Positions 9,805 through 17,031 of a stretch of 38,489 nucleotides of DNA are shown here, piece by piece (position 1 is the first letter of the stretch; the number at the start of each line of letters is the position of its first letter). This DNA comes from a virus. Lineage: Duplodnaviria; Caudoviricetes. Position numbers and translations under genes: made by a program. The notes beneath the pieces are model-generated. The model ran no database searches. It saw nothing but the letters and a program-made list of their open reading frames with translations, and was not told where the DNA came from. The stretch lies in IMG/VR virus record IMGVR_UViG_3300025637_000028, positions 1-38,489 of that record; one strand, written 5' to 3'.

Positions 9805-11118
9805 ATGACTATCAAAGTTAACGACAGCGGTACTTTAAAAGAACCCACGCAGATTTTTGTTAAAGGTGACCAGGGGACGCTTTATGGCGTTAACTATGTG
9901 GTTGCCAACAACAACGGTACGTTAGGCACTGTATGGAATGCTGTCTACGACACAACCAGAGACACCAGTACCATTTTTGGTACAGTTACAGCGTTTGACA
10001 CTTCGACCAGCTACACAACGACTTATAGTACGAGCATTGGTACGAGCAACGCGACCACCACAGCGTTCAACACGACCACCACTTTTGGTACGAGCAACGC
10101 GACTACGACAGCGTTCAACACGACCACTACTTTTGGCACCAGTAGAGCGACCACCACGGCGTTTAACACCACGACTACCTTCGGCACTAGCAAGGCTACG
10201 ACTACAGCGTTCAACACAACGACTACCTACGGCACGTCTCGCGGCACAAGCAGAGCAACCACAACCTCGTTCAACACGTCGTTCACCACGTCGTTCAACA
10301 CGTCGCGTAGCACGTCGTTTACTACTTCGTTTAACACGTCGCGTAGCACGTCGTTTAACACACAGACACACGCACTTAGCTACCCAGGGTACAGCACAAG
10401 TAACAGGGTAGTACGTTCGTCTAGCACCTCTGGCGATTTCTCAACCTGGACATATGGCGGTACGGCTGTGGCGACGGCTCAAACAACCACCACTACCTAT
10501 ACGGCAGGCGGTTTTACATACCAGCGGGGCGCTCAACACAGTTCTAGTTATGATGCGACTTACGGCGTCACGACCACAAATTACCGAATTAAGAGGCTCG
10601 CCAGAACCCGTGGCACTTCTCGCACTACTACGTTCGGAACCTCTCGCGCAACCTCTCGCACCACTACGTTCGGAACGTCTCGCGGCACCTCTCGCGGCAC
10701 AAGCAGAGCAACTACTACGTCGTTCAACACTGCGTTTAACACGTCGAGAGCTACTGGCACCAGCAGAGCAACCACCACGTCGTTTAACACGTCGCGGGCC
10801 ACAGGCACCAGCAGAGCAACCACCACGTCGTTTAACACTGCTCGCGCCACAGGCACTAGTCGTGCAACTACTACGTCGTTTAACACTACTCGCGCCACAG
10901 GCACTAGTCGTGCAACTACTACGTCGTTCACTACGACTTTTGACACTAACAACACCACCGCGAATGACACAGGGACAAGTAGATCGACTAACACGAATCG
11001 GGATACGTCCACGGTGGTTTACGAAAGACTTACAGCAACGGGTAATGAGACCGAAGTAGGCAGTCAAGGTGCTAACAATCGCCGGTATTGGGATGGCTCA
11101 CAGTGGACAGAAGACTAA
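9805..11118 (+). CDS. Thr/Ser-rich repetitive virion fibre/tip protein with mirror-complementary arms
   Basis: 437 aa, GAGG RBS; N-terminal beta-hairpin-like segment, repeat arms at aa 58-184 and 273-399, unique central domain. Confidence 0.85.
   Translation: MTIKVNDSGTLKEPTQIFVKGDQGTLYGVNYVVANNNGTLGTVWNAVYDTTRDTSTIFGTVTAFDTSTSYTTTYSTSIGTSNATTTAFNTTTTFGTSNATTTAFNTTTTFGTSRATTTAFNTTTTFGTSKATTTAFNTTTTYGTSRGTSRATTTSFNTSFTTSFNTSRSTSFTTSFNTSRSTSFNTQTHALSYPGYSTSNRVVRSSSTSGDFSTWTYGGTAVATAQTTTTTYTAGGFTYQRGAQHSSSYDATYGVTTTNYRIKRLARTRGTSRTTTFGTSRATSRTTTFGTSRGTSRGTSRATTTSFNTAFNTSRATGTSRATTTSFNTSRATGTSRATTTSFNTARATGTSRATTTSFNTTRATGTSRATTTSFTTTFDTNNTTANDTGTSRSTNTNRDTSTVVYERLTATGNETEVGSQGANNRRYWDGSQWTED
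10039..10932 (+). repeat. Coding tandem repeats of the Thr-rich protein
   Basis: 4 x 48 bp (GTSxATTTAFNTTTTF) at 10039-10230, 2 x 36 bp on each side of the central domain, 4 x 48 bp (TxRATGTSRATTTSFN) at 10741-10932; synonymous sites diverged. Confidence 0.9.
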
Positions 11119-11252
11119 TGGATGACATGGCTAGGAAACTAGAAAACACGCTTGATGTAATTATGGAGCATTTTTCAGAAACAGAAGACCGTATCTCTAA
11201 ACTTGAAGAGCAGATCGCTAAATTGGAAGAAAGACTTGAAGAAACTGGCTGA
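11118..11252 (+). CDS. 44-aa coiled-coil protein (not in the ORF track)
   Basis: TAATG overlap with the upstream stop; MDDMARKLENTLDVIMEHFSETEDRISKLEEQIAKLEERLEETG has clean heptads. Confidence 0.75.
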   Translation: MDDMARKLENTLDVIMEHFSETEDRISKLEEQIAKLEERLEETG

Positions 11253-12129
11253 GAATGACGAACTTGGTAATTCCGCAGCGCACTTTTTTAAAAGCGGAAA
11301 TGTACTAAGAAACAGGAAAAGCGACCAACTACTTGAGATTAAAAAGCTGTTACCTGGCACCTGGAGAGGTACAAAGATCGAATACGACCTCTGGTACAAC
11401 TTCAGCGACGGCAAGATACATGGATACGTTTATACGGACTTGCTAACGAAGTTTATTTACCTAAGAGCCGCAAGTATAAAACACGCATCTCAAACTATGC
11501 AGCAAGCAGCTAACACCCAAATTAACGCAACTGGTGAGCGTCTGTTTGAGGATATTGCAGAGAACAACGAAGACAAGTATCGGTTGCGGTCTACTTCCGA
11601 CAGCCACGACTTTGTGATTTTTCTCCCAGGCACGAACATATTAGAAAAGGTTACCGACTGGCCGAAAATCGAAAGAGCAATGGCCCAGGGCGCGAAGCTG
11701 AAGTGCCACCCGCTCACGTCGCCAACTGTGTATCAACACCTGGTACACAAGTACGGCGCAGAGAATGTTATTGAAAAGAAGAAAAGCGGAAAATCGATAT
11801 TAGAACGAGCAGGAATAGTGGGGTGCTGTGAAAACAGTGAAATGGGAATTGTGGCGCTGGCAAAAGGCAAGAAAGTTTACTTATTCGGCAAGCGCGATGA
11901 GTGGTGTACATACACCGCGATATATAGAGCGTTAGAAGACAAAGGCTCTCTTCAAGCAGATCGGTTGAAATCAGTTTTAAGTAGCGATAGTTCAGGGCTA
12001 ATACCGTCAAGCCCAGACAGTCAGCAGGATAATGTGACTAGTTTTTTTGATCAGTACATAGGAGTTGAGCATGTCGCGCCCCGAAGTTTTAGTGGTCGAG
12101 TGCAACAAGCTGGCGTCGCTGACAGTTAA
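11203..12129 (+). CDS. GT-B-fold glycosyltransferase-like protein (KpsS/KpsC capsule-biosynthesis-like C-terminal domain)
   Basis: KLKCHP...ILERAGIVGCCENSEMGIVALAKGKKVYLFG matches the K.HP...NS..G.EAL..GK.V...G pattern; start uncertain (TTG 11203 or 11236). Confidence 0.6.
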   Translation: MKSRSLNWKKDLKKLAENDELGNSAAHFFKSGNVLRNRKSDQLLEIKKLLPGTWRGTKIEYDLWYNFSDGKIHGYVYTDLLTKFIYLRAASIKHASQTMQQAANTQINATGERLFEDIAENNEDKYRLRSTSDSHDFVIFLPGTNILEKVTDWPKIERAMAQGAKLKCHPLTSPTVYQHLVHKYGAENVIEKKKSGKSILERAGIVGCCENSEMGIVALAKGKKVYLFGKRDEWCTYTAIYRALEDKGSLQADRLKSVLSSDSSGLIPSSPDSQQDNVTSFFDQYIGVEHVAPRSFSGRVQQAGVADS

Positions 12130-12787
12130 CTCTGTAAAAGTAAACATGCCTGACTGGGACTACAAGGTAGTGCCATACGAAGGTGGGTTTATAGCCACGG
12201 CGTTAAAGAATATTGAGAAGACAGCGTTAGTAGTAAAAAGCGGCGTGATTTTGGACGTGAATAGCGGAGACTTACCTTCTTGGGATTTGCTAAATGAGTA
12301 TGACATCTGCCTGGGCCGCGCTGGTGTGTTTAGTGATCACCCAAAACACAGCCAAGCCTACGGGCTTGTTGGCAGCCAGATTGGTAGAAAGCACCTGGAT
12401 TTGAGCGTGTTTATTATCAACCCAGCGCGATGGGCCGAAATACCGGATTCTGATTCGGGGGTGTTGCAGACAGCTAAACGGCTTCGTATGCCAAGGCATA
12501 TGAATCATAAAAGCGATTTACTTATTGCGAATGTTTTGTCAGGCCAGATGGCTATGAACTACGGAATGCTTGCTGAAAATGCATCCGTATTTAATTACGT
12601 TGATGTGTTTGAAAAAGGTTCAGCCAACGGTAATGAAATGTTTGCTTACGCTTTGGAGAAAGCGTTGCCTTTTGCAGACGAGTTGCCCGCTGTTAAAAAA
12701 CTGGCAGAGAGAACATTAACCCGTGCTGCAAAGTTACGAGTCGGGTTGGCAAAAACATTATTAGAGGACACAACTGATGAACATTGA
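12071..12787 (+). CDS. GT-A-fold (GT8-like) glycosyltransferase-like protein, DxD degenerate
   Basis: ATG 12071 with GGAG RBS; LTVNSVKVN, TALVVKSGVIL and HLDLSVFIINPARW echo GT8 motifs (LYLDSD, FNSGV.LIN...W). Confidence 0.5.
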   Translation: MSRPEVLVVECNKLASLTVNSVKVNMPDWDYKVVPYEGGFIATALKNIEKTALVVKSGVILDVNSGDLPSWDLLNEYDICLGRAGVFSDHPKHSQAYGLVGSQIGRKHLDLSVFIINPARWAEIPDSDSGVLQTAKRLRMPRHMNHKSDLLIANVLSGQMAMNYGMLAENASVFNYVDVFEKGSANGNEMFAYALEKALPFADELPAVKKLAERTLTRAAKLRVGLAKTLLEDTTDEH

Positions 12788-13133
12788 GTATGAAGCAAAA
12801 ATACTAGAGCTATATACGATCCCCGAACAAGACGGACGCGAGAACGTCGTCAAAAAAGTGCTGTGGCAGGTAGAGTTTTTTGATCCTGATTTCCGCCGCG
12901 CAGTGAACAGCCAAGGTCAAATAATGACATATCTGAACACTGACACGTTGTCTGATTCATTTATCGATTACAGCGGTATCACCCAGCAGCAAGTATTGCA
13001 GCTTTGCCTTGATCACGAGGGCGGGTCGGATTTCTTGGAACACCTTCAAGGCGCACACGAAGCTGACTTATCAGCGCAGTACGCTGACCGATATTTAACA
13101 CTGCGCCCAACAGCAGAATTGGCTGTTAGCTAA
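12777..13133 (+). CDS. Tail-fibre-associated hypothetical protein
   Basis: GAGGA RBS; NVVKKVLW...FIDYSGITQQQV pattern recalled from small genes next to marine phage fibres. Confidence 0.7.
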   Translation: MNIEYEAKILELYTIPEQDGRENVVKKVLWQVEFFDPDFRRAVNSQGQIMTYLNTDTLSDSFIDYSGITQQQVLQLCLDHEGGSDFLEHLQGAHEADLSAQYADRYLTLRPTAELAVS

Positions 13134-13711
13134 TGACCATTAAAATGGCAAAGCAGGGTGTTTTTAGCACTAACCCGATGCGGGGCCACGCGGTGCCGCA
13201 GTGGGAAACAGTGCGCGAGTTTTGCGAGTGGTGGAATGCTGCGAATCGACCAATTGCACCACCAGACGAAGTTGTAAATTTAAGCGACGACGCCACCTCT
13301 TTTTGTTTGTTTAGAAGCGGTCAGTTTCAGGTTGAACTGTACCTGATACACCCTTGCCCAAACTTACCTATCCACGGACACCCAGACGTTGATGTGATCA
13401 AGATGCGCTTGGACACCTGGGCAGTAGATGGCGCAGGTCAGTTGAAACAGACCACCTACCGAGAGGCATCTGAGACTTTAGTCACAGGCGAGACTCATGG
13501 CGCGGGCGTCAATTTCAAAGGTCGTGATGTAGTGAACGGCGGTTTTGGGCTGCTCGCCTTTCAAAAATGGAAGGATGGCCTTACACCTACAACTGTAGCT
13601 GCCCGCTGGAAGGGGCCGACTGTAGGGCCAATGCAAGAGGATCTGATTCGCAGACTTACACCAGGGGCCACCGTAATGGATGGTTACGCAGACACAACCG
13701 GAGTTGAGTAA
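13133..13711 (+). CDS. Cupin-fold protein
   Basis: FQVELYL...PIHGHPDVD...GETHGA (HxH...H metal motif); TAATG-coupled on both sides. Confidence 0.6.
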   Translation: MTIKMAKQGVFSTNPMRGHAVPQWETVREFCEWWNAANRPIAPPDEVVNLSDDATSFCLFRSGQFQVELYLIHPCPNLPIHGHPDVDVIKMRLDTWAVDGAGQLKQTTYREASETLVTGETHGAGVNFKGRDVVNGGFGLLAFQKWKDGLTPTTVAARWKGPTVGPMQEDLIRRLTPGATVMDGYADTTGVE

Positions 13712-14400
13712 TGTATTTATCAAAGAGGCATAAGCTGTTATTTGTGGCTGTTCCGCGTACTGCATCTAACAGCGTCCAACGGGCTATATTAGATTCAGAC
13801 ATTACAGATAGCACTGATGTGGTTTACTCACTGACAACCCCTCAAGACATTACTGCGATTAAAGCGTATCACGCTATGCCTGCGGTGCTGGTGAACACAA
13901 ATGTTGTAACAGCAGATGAACTAAGCGAGTACACCGCGTTTGGTTTTATACGCGAGCCTTTTGAAAGGTGGGTGTCGGCTTTCTTTTTAGCAAGACACTC
14001 AGGCGCGTTAGATGCGTCAGTAGACCCTCTTGATCAGCTATGCAACCTAGTGAGATACGCAAGTTCGCCACGGCCATTTTTTGCAAACGCCTCATCATTT
14101 GCAGCAACAAACTACAAGTCGTTTTCATATAGGGATTACTTCTTTATGGGCGACACTCAGGTAGCAACGGCATATCGATGGGAAGACGTAGAGGCTGTAA
14201 CAAGAAGCATTCTTGGCGACAAGTTAGGAACCCCCGTAACTGCGGCGTTCCCAAGTATACAGATGAACCCCAATGGTGTTCCCGCCGAGTTCAGAGAGCC
14301 TGTACAAGACTGGTTACCTACTGATTGCTACACCAAAATGGTTCAGTATTTTGCTGAAGAGACAGCTTTTTTTGACGCAACGCCGCGTTTTGAAGGGTAG
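13711..14400 (+). CDS. Sulfotransferase (Sulfotransfer_2-like)
   Basis: 5'-PSB LLFVAVPRTASNSV and 3'-PB FGFIREPFERWVSAF PAPS-binding motifs. Confidence 0.85.
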   Translation: MYLSKRHKLLFVAVPRTASNSVQRAILDSDITDSTDVVYSLTTPQDITAIKAYHAMPAVLVNTNVVTADELSEYTAFGFIREPFERWVSAFFLARHSGALDASVDPLDQLCNLVRYASSPRPFFANASSFAATNYKSFSYRDYFFMGDTQVATAYRWEDVEAVTRSILGDKLGTPVTAAFPSIQMNPNGVPAEFREPVQDWLPTDCYTKMVQYFAEETAFFDATPRFEG

Positions 14401-14920
14401 TTATTACGAAGAGAAAGCATGGCCCGAACTCCCCAACGATATGGTTACTGGTCTAACAGAGTGGAGTTGTACAGACAGTCGTGCAATCCCTGGGGTTAAA
14501 ACACACCCTGCGTTTAACTTCATAACAACGCCACGGGTGTTGCGGGACTGGGTGATTGAAAACCTGCCAGTAGAGATAGATGACCAGTGGATGGTGGCTA
14601 TACAACGCCTCGATACAGGGAGCGCACCGTTTCACACCGACACTATTCGCAAGTGGTCGTATAACTGCGTTATTCATGGCGAAGACGCCGAGACGCACTT
14701 TAAAGACTGTATGGATGGGCCGGTAGTCAAGACAGTTCGATACCAAAAAAATAAATGGTATTTCCATAACGGCTCTGTACCCCACGCTGTGACTGGCTCG
14801 CCAAGTAAAAGGGCTGCTGTGACCGTGTTTAAGTTCCGGCCAGATGTAGTGGGTAACCTAGTCGAGACTCCCCGTTTGGTCGAAGCATACAAACGAGACC
14901 CGTATTTTTACTACGTTTAG
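14390..14920 (+). CDS. 2OG-Fe(II) oxygenase-like DSBH protein
   Basis: PFHTD...PHAV...KRAAVTV (HxD...H...R); likely TTG start at 14390, not the track's 14273. Confidence 0.65.
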   Translation: MKGSYYEEKAWPELPNDMVTGLTEWSCTDSRAIPGVKTHPAFNFITTPRVLRDWVIENLPVEIDDQWMVAIQRLDTGSAPFHTDTIRKWSYNCVIHGEDAETHFKDCMDGPVVKTVRYQKNKWYFHNGSVPHAVTGSPSKRAAVTVFKFRPDVVGNLVETPRLVEAYKRDPYFYYV

Positions 14921-14968
14921 TTTCTAGGGGATTTTAGGCTAACTAACTTACATAAGGTAGAATAGAGA

Positions 14969-15364
14969 ATCCGATCAAACGTAATAGGACAGGCAGGAGA
15001 GTATTTAGCTTCCGCTGTGCTACAACGCCACTTTAAGGCGATAGCCTCACCCGATATCCCATCTGTTTACGACTTACTGGTCGAGAGCCACTGCGGCTCT
15101 TTCCTAAAATGCCAAGTCAAAAGTACCAACCAGGTCGAAACAATAAATGGCAGCCGCTACTGGCGTTTTAGTACTAGGAAAGCAAAAGGGTTGTATGGCG
15201 CGGATGAAGTTCATTTTTTTGCGTTGGTAATACTACCTCTGCGTTTGGTGATTTTTGAGAAATTGACAGGCGTCAACGCGGCGATATACAGAATCAAAGA
15301 GAGCGATGCCTCTCGCAATTTGGAAGAGCAGAGCCTTCAACACGTTTTAGGTGAGTGGTTATAA
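14969..15364 (+). CDS. PD-(D/E)XK endonuclease-like protein, start codon uncertain
   Basis: In-frame IGQAGEYL...YDLLV...CQVKST motifs; the first motif lies upstream of GTG 15017 and has no canonical start. Confidence 0.7.
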   Translation: MRSNVIGQAGEYLASAVLQRHFKAIASPDIPSVYDLLVESHCGSFLKCQVKSTNQVETINGSRYWRFSTRKAKGLYGADEVHFFALVILPLRLVIFEKLTGVNAAIYRIKESDASRNLEEQSLQHVLGEWL

Positions 15365-15718
15365 ATGAGCGACTTTAAATACTTCACAAGAGATGAGTTC
15401 AAGTGTCAGGAAACTGGAGAGAACCGCATCGAGGACGAATTGATCTACAAGCTAGATCACCTTCGCGGCGTGTTGGGTTGGGCTTGTACGATTACGAGTG
15501 GCTACAGAGACCCAAGTCACAGCGTGGAAATCAACAAGCCGAACGGTGGCGGCAGTCACACCAAGGGTATTGCCGCTGACATTGCGGTAAGCAATGGGAA
15601 ACAACGTCACGAAATCGTTAGACACGCAATGGCGCTAGGGTTCACAGGAGTGGGCATCGCCAAGACTTTTGTGCATCTGGACATTCGTGAGGATACGCCT
15701 GTCGTATGGACTTACTAA
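15365..15718 (+). CDS. Endolysin, peptidase M15 family
   Basis: YFTRDEFKC, ITSGYR, SHTKGIAADI and FVHLDIR zinc-peptidase motifs. Confidence 0.92.
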   Translation: MSDFKYFTRDEFKCQETGENRIEDELIYKLDHLRGVLGWACTITSGYRDPSHSVEINKPNGGGSHTKGIAADIAVSNGKQRHEIVRHAMALGFTGVGIAKTFVHLDIREDTPVVWTY

Positions 15719-15729
15719 TTGGACGAAAA

Positions 15730-15897
15730 ATGACAGAAGAAGCGAAACAAGCTGTTGATTTAGCCGCTGCCAGCACGGCACTTGGAACTATGGTCGCCTG
15801 GTTACCGCCGCTTGCGTCACTTTTTACCTGTATCTGGATGGCGATAAGAATTTATGAAAGCGACAGCGTACAGAAGTTGTTAGGTAAGTCTGAATGA
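15730..15897 (+). CDS. Small membrane protein, putative holin/antiholin
   Basis: 55 aa with hydrophobic WLPPLASLFTCIWMAI, between endolysin and holin. Confidence 0.65.
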   Translation: MTEEAKQAVDLAAASTALGTMVAWLPPLASLFTCIWMAIRIYESDSVQKLLGKSE

Positions 15898-16277
15898 GCA
15901 TTTTAAATTCTTTGATTGGCCCCGTGACGGGGCTATTAGGAAAAGTAATTAAAGATAAAGACAAGGCTGCGGCCTTGGCTCACGAAATATCGACACTCGC
16001 ATCGAAACAGGCTCACGAAGCCAGCTTGGCGCAGCTAGAAGTTAACAAGGTAGAGGCGGCGCATAAGAGCCTTTTCGTTTCTGGATGGCGACCGGCAGTC
16101 GGCTGGTCATGCTGTTTTGCTTTAGTCTATGCCACGATCCTTGCGCCAATACTTGGTATCTGGTTCACCGTCCCCGCTGTCGATAGCTCCCTTTTAACAA
16201 GTGTACTGATGGGTATGCTTGGGCTTGGCGCGATGCGCTCCGCAGAAAAGGTCAAAGGCGTTCAGCGCGATAAATAA
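15894..16277 (+). CDS. Holin, GTA 3TM holin family
   Basis: EAAHKSLFVSGWRPAVGW and LMGMLGLGAMRSAEK signature. Confidence 0.88.
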   Translation: MSILNSLIGPVTGLLGKVIKDKDKAAALAHEISTLASKQAHEASLAQLEVNKVEAAHKSLFVSGWRPAVGWSCCFALVYATILAPILGIWFTVPAVDSSLLTSVLMGMLGLGAMRSAEKVKGVQRDK

Positions 16278-16295
16278 TTTTGAGGAAAAAGTAAC

Positions 16296-17030
16296 ATGGC
16301 ACTTGAATCATCTACATACATAAGCGGTCTGGTGGTAACCAATCCAACGTCGAGCGATAACGTGGGGGATGGAGATAATCATATCCGTTTGCTCAAAAGT
16401 ACAATACGAGCAACATTTCCAAACATAGATGGCGCACTTACAGCTACTCACACTGCAATTGATGGCGCTGTCACTGCAACCACAGACGCTACAAGCGCAA
16501 ACACCGCCAGTAAAATTGTGGCCCGTGACGCTTCAGGAAACTTCTCAGCAGGGACGGTAACCGCAGCACTATCGGGTAATGCATCAACCGCTAGTCGCTG
16601 GGCTACTGCAAGAACAATATCCCTTACTGGGGATGTGACTGGCAGCGCCTCGATCCGTGGAGATGCAAACGCATCAATAACGGCAACAGTCGCCAATAAC
16701 TCTCACGACCACACAATAGACAACGTGACTGGAATGCAGAGCGCACTCAACGGAAAAGTAGATAACAGTCGGGTGTTGACCGATGTGCCTGCTAACGCAC
16801 AGTTCGTCAACACAACTTATAGTGTTGGCAACGGTGGACTAACGCAGATCAATTTTACCAGCGCGTTAAATTCTAAACTTAGCGGTATTGCCGCTGGCGC
16901 ACAGGTTAACCCTAGCAACGCAACAATCCTGGCGGCAGCCGCTGGCTGCGCGGCGGGATCGGTAGACGGGTACAGCATCTCTCAATCAGCCACTGGCTCA
17001 ACCACAAACACCATATATTTCAGGACTTAA
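16296..17030 (+). CDS. Tail fibre protein 2
   Basis: MALES.TYI..L...NP...D....GDNHIRLLKS N-terminus, ATARTISLTGDVTGS and SHDH fibre motifs, C-terminal TIYFRT. Confidence 0.8.
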   Translation: MALESSTYISGLVVTNPTSSDNVGDGDNHIRLLKSTIRATFPNIDGALTATHTAIDGAVTATTDATSANTASKIVARDASGNFSAGTVTAALSGNASTASRWATARTISLTGDVTGSASIRGDANASITATVANNSHDHTIDNVTGMQSALNGKVDNSRVLTDVPANAQFVNTTYSVGNGGLTQINFTSALNSKLSGIAAGAQVNPSNATILAAAAGCAAGSVDGYSISQSATGSTTNTIYFRT

Positions 17031-17031
17031 T

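Noticed and set aside
10039-10932. Repeats as a CRISPR array or DNA-level hairpin
   Set aside because: In-frame coding repeats with no unique spacers; the arm complementarity is at amino-acid level, not reverse-complement DNA
8565-11067. Long alternative-frame and antisense ORFs over fibre 1 and the Thr-rich gene
   Set aside because: Shadows of stop-poor Ala/Ser/Thr repeat codons; synonymous variation between repeats preserves only the main frame
9805-11118. Ice-binding or ice-nucleation protein because of TxT motifs
   Set aside because: Mixed 4/6 spacing and mirror symmetry fit a hairpin better than a regular beta-solenoid; no INP consensus; not formally excluded
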